A stretch of 64,000 nucleotides of DNA from Mayamaea pseudoterrestris (taxonomy: Eukaryota): NCBI GenBank assembly GCA_027923505.1, contig BROI01000002.1:1550001-1614000 (forward strand). The letters run 5' to 3'. The position numbers were made by a program, and so were the translations under genes. Shown here in pieces: positions 10,680 to 20,491 of the stretch; positions within the stretch are counted from its first letter, which is position 1, and the number at the start of each line of letters is the position of its first letter. The notes under the pieces are model-generated. The model was not told the origin of the DNA. It searched no databases and saw nothing but the letters and a program-made list of their open reading frames with translations.

Positions 10680-12482
10680 TCACATCATGTCCGCTGATTC
10701 ATCGTCCATGTAGACGAGTTTGACAGGTCCGGCAATGGCCTCCATGGTAAAGACTGGCGACTGGGTTAGTATGGCACGGTTGTTGAGCTCGTAGCTGTCC
10801 GGATAGAGTGACATTGAAGATACATGCTTCGCTTTGGTTTTGACAAGCGTTTCGGGGCCACTTGGCGACGACGCAGTAGCTTGTTCCACAACGGCGCTCC
10901 AAACTTCTCGATCAAAATCCGACAAGCTGTGAAGCTCGGTCAAGTGATCTTTGACGAGATGCGACCAGTCCAGACCACTGGATGGATCGACGCAATACGG
11001 CCCAATACCGCGAGTTTGCATTTGTCGGTTTATCATATATGATTTCCACGTTGCGGCAAGACATGCATGTGTCGGATCCGCAAGCGCATGCTTCGTCCAC
11101 TCAGATTCTTCGTATCCTCTAGTGAACAGATCAAGCAATATAACGACACTGGTAAAAAAATTTTCGTCCGGCACAACAAAAAGAAAAACCATTTCAAGCA
11201 TGCGCCCACCCTCCCGAACTCCAGTGACAACATAATTTAAGCAAGGATTGCCTTGTGCTACAAGCTTTGGATGAAGGCTCATAATGTGACTAACAAGGCA
11301 ATGAGGAACCAGCAACATCTCGCAAACCATATCGAGTCTGTCACATTTCGGCATCATGTTTTGCCAGAGGGTGTCCTTCAATGGGTGGCACCATGCTTCT
11401 TCATTGGAGGGCGCGAATTTTTGTCTTGACGACCGGAGTGGCATGGGAATGTCATCGAGCCTTTCGTCACATTTCGAGCCTGCTTCGCCAAAGAAGGACA
11501 GCTTAGAAATAAATCTAGAATCACGCATTAAAATATATCCGGCTTTCCGACGAAAATGAGTGGAACTCAAGGAGGCCCCATCTTTGACCGGTAAGCAGGA
11601 CACTTGCCAAAGCTTGTCGTTGACATCATTACTACAAATTTCGGGCTTGGTTCTCATAACTGATAACACTTGGTTTAGCGGTACCGGAAGATTGTTGCAA
11701 AGTTGCGTCTTATTTAATGAAATCAAAAAGGAAACACTCGTACAAATGCCACTCTCATTAAAAGGCCCATAGACAATGGCGACGCCAATTCTTCCATCAC
11801 TGGACAAGATCAATTCAAATTGGAAAGACGCAATAAGCGGAGAGCGTTGAATGCGATCACCAAAAAGGCTTCGCTCGAACCGCAGAGGAGCCGTCCAAAG
11901 CAGAGGAGAGACTGGTCTTGTGCATGTCCGGCTACTTCCAGCAGCTTCATTTCTTGCCGCCTGCTGAATCACTGCAGGACTTGGTAACCCAAAGGCTTTC
12001 AAAAGGATGCAGCATGAATCTGAAGCAGAATTATTATGATTCGCTTCTTGTTCATCTCCAATCGCAAACACAAACGACCCCGTCCGATCAAGTCCAATGA
12101 CTGCATCCGTCACGGGCGTTTCCAGTGACCCAAAGTCCAGTTGCTGCTTCGTATACGGCCGGTAGGATTGTTTGCGCGTCGTCGTCATGAGCAATTGCCA
12201 GCGATACATGGTTCGATTGCTGATAATGTTCCACTGGCCCTGCGTGCGCTGATGCAAGAGTAGAGGCAAACTAGTCGTTTGGAAGCGGCGCCTGCGCGCC
12301 GGAGTGACGCGCGGTAACTGCTTTTGGTAGACGACGCTTGATCTAGTTGCAGATGATGTAGTTGTATCGGAAGCTGCTAACGGGGTTTTGTCGTTACGAT
12401 TCATCGTCTTTGTGGAGGCGGCGGACAATGGCGTCATTGTATCCTTGCAAGCGTTCGTCACGCTACAGCGGCGGCGCTTCAT
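10680..12482 (-). CDS. Hypothetical protein (~600 aa), possible remote DCAF15-like
   Basis: Long intronless ORF. Start chosen at MKRRR (NLS-like), although the ORF is open to 12797. The family call is weak (see findings). Confidence 0.65.
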   Translation of the reverse strand: MKRRRCSVTNACKDTMTPLSAASTKTMNRNDKTPLAASDTTTSSATRSSVVYQKQLPRVTPARRRRFQTTSLPLLLHQRTQGQWNIISNRTMYRWQLLMTTTRKQSYRPYTKQQLDFGSLETPVTDAVIGLDRTGSFVFAIGDEQEANHNNSASDSCCILLKAFGLPSPAVIQQAARNEAAGSSRTCTRPVSPLLWTAPLRFERSLFGDRIQRSPLIASFQFELILSSDGRIGVAIVYGPFNESGICTSVSFLISLNKTQLCNNLPVPLNQVLSVMRTKPEICSNDVNDKLWQVSCLPVKDGASLSSTHFRRKAGYILMRDSRFISKLSFFGEAGSKCDERLDDIPMPLRSSRQKFAPSNEEAWCHPLKDTLWQNMMPKCDRLDMVCEMLLVPHCLVSHIMSLHPKLVAQGNPCLNYVVTGVREGGRMLEMVFLFVVPDENFFTSVVILLDLFTRGYEESEWTKHALADPTHACLAATWKSYMINRQMQTRGIGPYCVDPSSGLDWSHLVKDHLTELHSLSDFDREVWSAVVEQATASSPSGPETLVKTKAKHVSSMSLYPDSYELNNRAILTQSPVFTMEAIAGPVKLVYMDDESADMM

Positions 12483-12967
12483 CGTTACTATTTTTTCTTT
12501 CTTCCGTAGACTCCTGGAATGATTCAGGGAGAATGCTGGCAGCGGCTTCTCGCTGCACGGGACGCCATGGTGACAGGAGGATCCGCGGAACAAAGATGCA
12601 ATTTTGTTGTGTCGCACCGTGTTCACGATTCGACCATGAGTCGTGCTCCGCGTGTCAACGGGTACTGAACCTCCGAAAGCACGTTTTATAATTAAGTGAG
12701 AGCTCGTCCGGCGCAAGCACATGCGACCTAATTTGGGCGAGGCCGGCGCGGCGCGGCGGCGATCTGAACCCGCCGCGCAGCGAAGCACGACCATCATCGT
12801 TCACGTTGTCGCTGCGTTCGTTCAATCCTACATATATAACATATTCGGAAGTCCTCCATTCCGTCTCGTTCGATCGTTTGCGTGTGCTTGCTGTCTTGAT
12901 CAAGGACTGACAGTTTCACGTTCAGTTTGAATCGAGTCAAGGAAATAGTTTCATTTTCTCGATCAAC

Positions 12968-15900
12968 ATGAAGCCAATCGTTGAACATGAGCGCAGCCAT
13001 GCTGCCAATGGCGGCGACGATGATCTTGCCATTGGAAATGAAGCGCCTTTTAATTATTGCGGTATTCACAGCGAAGAAGACTGCTTACAATCCTCGAATC
13101 TAATTTTGAAGACCAAGGAGCGGAGCAGTGAATCGGAACTGGAGACGCAAATATTTCCCTTTCGAACGAATCGGCGCGCTTCGAAATTTTTATCGACGCG
13201 CTGCATGCTGTTTCTATTGCTTCTTTGTTTGATGCATTCGACACAAGGCGTATCTGCAAAAGGAGACGAATTACCGAATGAAAATGAAGAGGAGGAAGAC
13301 CAGGAGCCTCTTGGTTATTTTGAAGAACGCTTTCTTCAGGACTCCATTTTTGACTGCGGCTGCCCAACCACTTGCACGACAATGATACTGAGCCGACAAG
13401 CTACGGATGACAGCGGAACGTATACCTGCCTTGCCCGCATGGAGTATGTCTTGCAGCAGTCGTCCTTTTTCACCGAGGAGGATGCGTGTCGGCAAGTGGC
13501 GACGGAGTTTGCCGATATTTGCGGCTTTTATTCCTGCAATCCAGACGAATGCCCGGAAGCGCAAGGATATGATAGCAGCAATCCAGCTTGGGTTGCGTCA
13601 TTCAATGAGACTTGGTACTATAATGCTAGCGACTTTGCAAAGGTATTGGAATTTAACGATACCATGTTTCCGACCACGTCCTTTGAAACGGCAGATCCGA
13701 CGGAACGAGCCTTGGAGGAAACGAATGCGCCCACGCCGCTCCCAAATGAACCTGATCCGACGCCCGAGCCTACTGTTATACTGGACGTCACGTCGGAGCC
13801 GACGAGTCCGCGAGCGACTTCTTCGCCAACGAGTGCCGCGACGCTGGCTGCCGACACTCCTTCTCCCGTCATTGTCACGTCCACGCCGGTTGACGATGAC
13901 GGGGCTGCCCCGGCGGACGATGATGATACAGCTGCTCCTACTGACGACGGTACGCCGCCTGATTCTCAGCCAGATACGACCGAAGCTCCCGTGAGCACTC
14001 CTGCGCCAGTGTCAACTCCTGCTCCAGTTGCGGATCCGACACCGGCGCCCGTGACTCCAGCTCCAGTGACTGTTTCGACACCGGCGCCCGTGGCAGATCC
14101 GACACCAGCGCCAGTGACTGCTTCCACTCCGGCGCCCGTTGCGGATCCGACACCAGCTCCCGTCACGGCGTCCACTCCAGCGCCTGTTGCAGATCCTACA
14201 CCAGCTCCGGTGATTGCTTCCACTCCAGCGCCCGCTGCAGATCCGACTCCGGCTCCAGTCAAGCCAACACCATCCCCCGTACGACCTACGCGACCACCCG
14301 TTCGGCCGACTCCAGCACCGGCGGCGCGGCCTACTCCCGACCCCACGCGCAAGCCCTCGACTCCTCGACCTACGCCGAGGGCTCCAGCGAACGCTGCGAT
14401 ATCGCCGAGTAGTCCGAGTGCGCCGAGTAGTCCGAGTTCACCGAGTGCACCAAGTTCGCCGAGTAGTCCAAGCGCGCCGAGTGCACCGAGTAGCCCAAGT
14501 TCGCCGAGTGGATCAAAACCGACGCCGCGGCCAACGAAAAAGGTATGTCGATGGAGTATTGGCTTTTTTGCAAGGTATCATTAATTTTTCTCACTCCTTG
14601 CTCTCGGTATTTTTTTATCAGCCAACACCACGACCGAACGCTCCACCTACTTCCGACTCGGCCAGTTCTCCAACTCCCAAGCCCACGCGAAGACCTTCTA
14701 CCCGAAAGCCATCTCCACGACCGACTCGTCGCCCAACTTTTGACCCGGATTCTGGTCGTACGAATAGCCCCACGACATTGGCGCCAACACAGAATGACGA
14801 TCCAACGTTTGAACCAACTGCATTGCCAACGTCCGAACCGACAGCCGCCACGAGCTTTGACTTTCAAAAGATTACAAGCACCATGACGGGCGTCAGCATG
14901 GAAATTTCCTTGTCCTTTACGCGACGAGACTTGCAGCAGCAGTCGGGCAATGCGGTGCAAAGCACCAATCAGTGCATTCGCCTGTGGCAAGACCGCGTCG
15001 TTTTGGAAACAGAGGACGAGATTGAGCGGCTTGTACCAAACGTTGAAACGCTGGATGTTTCGCTCAGCAACGTCACGCAGGCGTTGGATACAGAGACAAG
15101 CATTTTGACCTTTTTTTACGATGTGACTGTCGCTATGCGATCGCCCATTTTGGAACCCGACTTGGAGCAGTACATTGCCGGTCCGTTTGACACGACGGAT
15201 GAGCAGACCGACTTTGCCGACTTTTTGCGCAGCACGAACTGCACCGTCTTTGCATACGCAACGTCGGTTCGAGTCGTCATGCCGGCCAACCAAGTGGCGC
15301 CGCTGACGGGTAATCCGTCGGAGCCATCGTCGGTTGGTCCAAGCACTGGATTGGTTGTTGGAGTTGTATTTGCAGCTCTTGCAGTAGTATTGATTGCAGC
15401 CTTGTATGCCGTGCAGCGTCAGCGACACAGACAGCAGTCCAATCAGCCAAAGGAGACAAACGCGCCATTGGCTGATATGGATGCGCATGAAGACGGGTTT
15501 ATGCTGTCACAGATTGGCATGATGCGGAACTCGACACCTGAAGACGGGGAGGATGTCTCTACCTTGTCTGACCCACTTCCACTGAATGCATTGTCCACAC
15601 CAAAAGATGACGCATCGACGATTGGGTCGTTTTCATTGGACTATGACTATCAGCGAGCGTATCAGCACCCGTCTGTGTCAGACGTGCAAAGCTTTGACGA
15701 AGAGCCGCGCCTATATATCTCGGCAGACGATGATACGCTGCAGAAGCATTTTGCTTCGGAGGATCTCTTCACTGTCAGCGCGCCGTCGGGTACGTTAGGA
15801 CTGGTCTTGGAAGCATCCGAAGACAATGTTCCGGTTGTCTCTGGCATTCGATCGGACAGTGTTTTGTTCGACGAAGTCAAAATGGGTGATCGACTCATAT

Positions 15901-16016
15901 CTGTGGATGGCCAAGATGTTTCGGACATGTTGACGAGTGATGTTTCGCGGCTGATTGCTTCCAAGAAGCATCAACCTATTCGCCGATTGGTCTTTGTCCG
16001 CCCGCTCGCTCGATAA
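12968..16016 (+). CDS. Mucin-like type I membrane protein: Cys-rich domain, Pro/Thr stalk, TM helix, C-terminal PDZ domain
   Basis: Exons 12968-14542 and 14622-16016. Hydrophobic signal-like segment, CGCPTTC...TC.AR...AC.QVA.EF..IC..CNP..C domain, TM GLVVGVVFAALAVVLIAALYAV, and PDZ (APSGTLGLVL...PVV..I..DSVL...VKMGDRLISVDG.DV). Confidence 0.85.
13985..14510 (+). repeat. Coding tandem repeats (PAPVADPTPAPVTAST x ~5; SPSSPSAP units)
   Basis: Directly visible in the translation of 12968..14584. Confidence 0.9.
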
Positions 16017-16193
16017 TCCATGTGCAGCAGCAGTAGTCTGTGCACTTTTTTTAAATGTGTTATGAACGCAATCGTAAATGTTAGATATTTGTTTTGTTAA
16101 CATAGTTTAGCAAGTAAAAAATGTAGTAAAGATGCAGCAGTTTATCAAAAAGGTTTATTCGTTCCAGCAGGCGATCATCAAATGTTTCTCTTA

Positions 16194-18125
16194 TCAGGAT
16201 CTTGCCATCATCAGCTCCTTTTTCTTCTTTCTTTCAGCGCCACTGGACTTTGCAGACCCTGCGGACCCTGCAGGGACTGCATCAATGAAGGATGCATCAG
16301 CTTTCTCAGAATCTTTTACATTCTGTGCGTACCGCGGATCAATGTTGCCATCGCCGTATACTTGCTCCGGAGGAGAGGCGTTTGTCGAAGTGGATACAAC
16401 GGCACCATCGCCACCGCCAGGTCGAGGCAAGCCGTCATCAGGAACTTCCATCTGTGTCTTGCTCGCGTCAGCCTCGCTTGACTTGTCGGCGTCAGTGGAT
16501 GCAGCTGTAGCAACATATTTCTTCGGTTGTGGTGCTTTGTCTTCCGCTGCACTCGGCCCAATCTCTTCCAATTCTGAATCCTGCATCTCCCGATTCTGGC
16601 TTTCATTTTTGACATCCCATGGTCCAGAGTTCAGTCCTTCAAGCTTCTTTGACAACTCGCTTACCGCGGCTAGCTTGGCAGCAATCTTCGATGCTGCTTC
16701 ATTGACCGCTCCACCAGTTGTAACTTTCAGTTGGACGTCTTCTGCTCCAGTTGCGTGTTGAATCGTAACATTTGCGGCAATAGCAGCAGCCTCCGCAGTG
16801 AATTGTTGGTTCCAACCGATTATTTCCGCTTTGACTACTTCTATAGGCTCCTCAAAGAAAAACTGAGTATCTTCCGACTCAATTGTCTTTTCAGCAAACA
16901 TGCTCTTGACAACATCGAATCCATCGACAACCTTGGCGAAACAGGGATCGCCGTATTCGCTGTTCAGCTCATGATTGCTGCCCCCAATGCCGCCAGGTCC
17001 GTGCTCCTGCGTATTATTTCGCTTATTCAAATACCAGTCTGGACCGCCAGGCCGTCCTGTAAAGCCCAGTGTCCACGGTAGGTGAGTAAATTGGTCGCTA
17101 TACTCTGGAAATGCCAGTGCATCAAGCTGCAATTCCTTGAAGGGCGCCAGCGCCTTTTGTCGCTCCTCAGCTGGCGACAACATGGTGTCGCCTTCCTTGT
17201 AGGACGCCTGCGGACCACATTGAATGACATGAGGACCATTGACGTAAAAGTAGGCATTTCCGTTCCAAAGCCCATGAGCCACCTGCTCCAGAAACAAGTG
17301 CACTGCGTGCGGCATGTCCTCCAGCGGCGCCATTTCAACCGTAAAGGTACGTGACTCCTGCAGATTGCTTGGAAGTTTCACCGTCAACCCGACGCGGTAC
17401 GGCGGAGCGCCAAACTTGTCCAAAACAGCTCGACGTGACTCTCGTTGAACCGCCGTCTGGAGCGACTTGACCAGTTCCTTGTAGGCTAGCTCCTTGCTTG
17501 ACGCTAGCGTTGCAATTCCTTGCTGCGGCGCTTGCAATGCTGTGGCGACCTTTTGCTCCGCCGCCTTTAGTTTCTTGTTCAAGTCTTCTTTTTCACGCTG
17601 CAGAGTTTTGAACGACCGATCTAGATCGACAAACTTTTTTGTGTTGCTCTGCTCCTGACTCCGCACTCGAGCAACGTCACGTTCAAGCTGCACCTTGCGA
17701 TCCTGCAGTTTACTGTAAGCGTCCTTGGCTTGCTTGATGGACTTGACGTTGAATTGCTTCAGCAGATTGTTCACTTGAGAGCGATGCGAAACGGTGCTCC
17801 ATAGCAAAACAGCCATCAAGAGACTTATCCAAGCAATTGGTTGCTTTGCAATACTTAGAAACGTGTCCAGCGCAGCTCCACCACCACTTCTTCTCGCTGG
17901 CTTGTCCTTATAGATACTGTATCCATCAGCAGCTACAGGCTTTCGACCAGCTCCATATGAAGCTGCCACCGCTGGAAACGTGCTCGCCGGATGGCCACCG
18001 CCGTAACTACTCGTCCCATACGGAGCTGCTGCTCCTGCGTTGCCGTACCCCAAGTCGAGCGAGCTGCTCGAGCCGTTCAAATCGTCATTGCCGCCATGCT
18101 CTGGACGGCGATTTGGACGTAGCAT
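16194..18125 (-). CDS. Type II membrane protein with coiled coil and divergent cyclophilin-like (PPIase fold) domain
   Basis: TM IAWISLLMAVLLWSTV and a coiled coil, then MPHAVHLFL...HVIQ.G...FPEYS..F.H.PWTLGF.GRPGGPDWY.N...N...H....DPCFAKVVDGFDVV. Start chosen at MLRPNRR. Confidence 0.82.
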   Translation of the reverse strand: MLRPNRRPEHGGNDDLNGSSSSLDLGYGNAGAAAPYGTSSYGGGHPASTFPAVAASYGAGRKPVAADGYSIYKDKPARRSGGGAALDTFLSIAKQPIAWISLLMAVLLWSTVSHRSQVNNLLKQFNVKSIKQAKDAYSKLQDRKVQLERDVARVRSQEQSNTKKFVDLDRSFKTLQREKEDLNKKLKAAEQKVATALQAPQQGIATLASSKELAYKELVKSLQTAVQRESRRAVLDKFGAPPYRVGLTVKLPSNLQESRTFTVEMAPLEDMPHAVHLFLEQVAHGLWNGNAYFYVNGPHVIQCGPQASYKEGDTMLSPAEERQKALAPFKELQLDALAFPEYSDQFTHLPWTLGFTGRPGGPDWYLNKRNNTQEHGPGGIGGSNHELNSEYGDPCFAKVVDGFDVVKSMFAEKTIESEDTQFFFEEPIEVVKAEIIGWNQQFTAEAAAIAANVTIQHATGAEDVQLKVTTGGAVNEAASKIAAKLAAVSELSKKLEGLNSGPWDVKNESQNREMQDSELEEIGPSAAEDKAPQPKKYVATAASTDADKSSEADASKTQMEVPDDGLPRPGGGDGAVVSTSTNASPPEQVYGDGNIDPRYAQNVKDSEKADASFIDAVPAGSAGSAKSSGAERKKKKELMMARS

Positions 18126-18487
18126 TATTTTGATATTCGTTTCTGCTAAATTTGTAGTAAAATACAAGTCTATGTCAAAAGGCCAATACAGCATGAAGCA
18201 AGTCCTTGTTCGTCGAAGGATTGAGAAAATCTCGCGGATGGAATCGCTGGATCGCGGCGCGCCGCCGACATATGCCACGTCATTTTCATTCCCGCAAACC
18301 TTATGGATGGTTCATTCGTGGAAATGACTGTGAGTCCCGGATTGTGTCACACGCGCGACTTCATTGGCGTTCGTTGCGCCGACTTGCTCCATTGATCTTG
18401 ATCAAGAGATTGATTAGAAAATAATCTCGCCTCACATTCCCTCCCTATCCACCCTGTGATCTCTGCGTATACAGTGACACTGAATCA

Positions 18488-19178
18488 GTGGTATCATTGT
18501 CTTTCGCAATGGATATACCAGAGTACAACTGTACCTCCATTTGTTTTTCAAAAAGCATAAAATCCATGACGAAGACAATGGTGAATGGTGAATGGCTGTC
18601 ACACCATAACAAGATCTTTTTGTGCAGCAACTGCAAAGACTCTATGCACATTGATTGCAAAATTGAGTATTTTTCTGATCCTAGTTGGGCAGTTCTAACT
18701 TGTCCTCATTGTAAACACACTTGGAATGTGTGTATGCTTTGCCTTACTCGCATCATTTACAAAACCGAACTGAGAAATCGGCATGCAAAGCGGATAGGGC
18801 ATCAGAAGCGTTATGAAGAGCATCAGTCCAAATTACTGAAGATTTCCCAAAGCTCTATAGAGCATAATCTTGCTGATAATGCTACAGCATAATGATGCTG
18901 TCCGTGGATTTATGCGCAGCGATCATCATGTTGGCTTCGACCTTCGACCATGGGATTTTCATTCTGTATCCAAATGCTCCTTGATAAATCTCCTACCTCT
19001 CCTTCCGTCAATTTCGTTCCGACAGTATGTCATTTCAATGTCGTGGGAGTTCAAAGGACGCGGCAATGCCGGTACAGGTTTGTCATTGACGCTTCCAAGC
19101 ACAAAGCGGAATGCTCATAAAACCCAAAACCCAATGGACCTATATATCTATGAAATGCAGCAAGCACGAATAGACTGA
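18488..19178 (+). other. AT-rich island with a small Cys/His zinc-finger ORF (18488-18892) and a second short ORF in another frame; possible degenerate transposon or gene remnant
   Basis: CSNC...CPHC...WNVCMLC...H....H motifs. The region is visibly more AT-rich than the flanking genes. Confidence 0.35.
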
Positions 19179-19316
19179 GTATGTTATATGGAACTTGACA
19201 ATATAAGACCACTGCATAGGATGCGAAGCAAAAATAACATTTTGTTTCAGGTTCATAAATGTGATGAACGATAGGCTCTCGGAACTGACTGTGAGAATGC
19301 ATGCGCAGTTTTGAGC

Positions 19317-19874
19317 TTACGCGCTCTTCCCTTTGGTCCCTACTCGTCGACTCACAAACCACGCGCCTGCAATCAGTATCAAGGAAACATAGCATGTCAG
19401 CCATTTGCACTGGCCACTTATGCTGGCCAAACGCACAGCCATAGTTGGAAGTCGTTTTGAGTACAGCAAACTTCCTTGTCGTGATATGTACGTTTCCATA
19501 ACGTCCAATGTCACTGCGAGAGTGGCTAAATGTGACAATGTCTCCGACATTCCAAGTGACTTTGCGGAACGCACCAGCAAGGCACCCAATGCCAGCGTAT
19601 ATGCCGGCATGATGACGAAAAAGTCAATCAAAGAGCATTTTGCATATGCTTGGAACATTTCTGGCGACCAAATGTCGTACAAGTAGTTCAAATCAAACGC
19701 AAGACCAAACATCATGTCCGGCACACATTCATGTCCAAATTCTTTGCATTCCTCCGAAAGCGGAACAGATCGTATAACTCTCATAAATAACTGACCACCA
19801 ATGAGTTGAGCAATGAAGCAAAGGCCAAGCAGCTTCGGTCGCTGCTCAACATAATTGTAGACGGAACGAATCAT
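19317..19874 (-). CDS. Hypothetical multi-pass membrane protein
   Basis: About 4 hydrophobic segments (…DFFVIMPAYTLALGALL…LDVMET…KWLTCYVSLILIAGAWF). The ORF is open further upstream, to 20000. Confidence 0.7.
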   Translation of the reverse strand: MIRSVYNYVEQRPKLLGLCFIAQLIGGQLFMRVIRSVPLSEECKEFGHECVPDMMFGLAFDLNYLYDIWSPEMFQAYAKCSLIDFFVIMPAYTLALGALLVRSAKSLGMSETLSHLATLAVTLDVMETYISRQGSLLYSKRLPTMAVRLASISGQCKWLTCYVSLILIAGAWFVSRRVGTKGKSA

Positions 19875-20491
19875 CTCGTTGTGGCTGAATGCTGAATTCT
19901 GTTTCTCAGTGGCGGCGTGGCGATTTGTCGTTTGTCGGGCCGCCGCTTCCTGGATGACGAAGAGACGAGGCAATCGGCAATTTTCTTGCTCTTTGATCAC
20001 AGAGCGTCTGATACTTGTTTACCTTGGCAAGATACTTTTGCATCAAATAATTTCCGCTCTCTCATTGCTCAAAGATCATGAGGGAAAGTCGGCGTCACAT
20101 GACGCACCGGCATTGTTAAGTAATCCATGAACGGAACTATTCTATTATTGCCCATCCCGAAAATGACCGTTTCGATAGACTCAAAGTTCGCATGACGCAC
20201 GATTTGATTAGTGCCCCCTTTCGTACTCGCGCGGCTAAACCGGCACGTTCCATTTTCAAGACTTGCTAGGATCACACACTCGCCACCCTCCATGATCGAG
20301 AAGTCATTTTGGCTGCTTTGATCTTGATCCCGCAATCAGCTCAACAAGTTTACTTATAACAAAGCTTTAGTCGAGTAGTTTCAGCTACGTCCGATAGAGA
20401 ATAGGCGATTTTTCCCCAAACAAAATTCGTCTTGTCAGCATCAACCCTTCACTCTTCAGCATTCCATCTATCGGCGCGTACAAGTTACACC

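Noticed and set aside
14370..15488. 372-aa antisense ORF, and many similar shadow ORFs such as 20896-21696 and 36613-37200
   Set aside because: They lie opposite well-supported genes and are explained by codon bias and low-complexity repeats. They contain no motifs.
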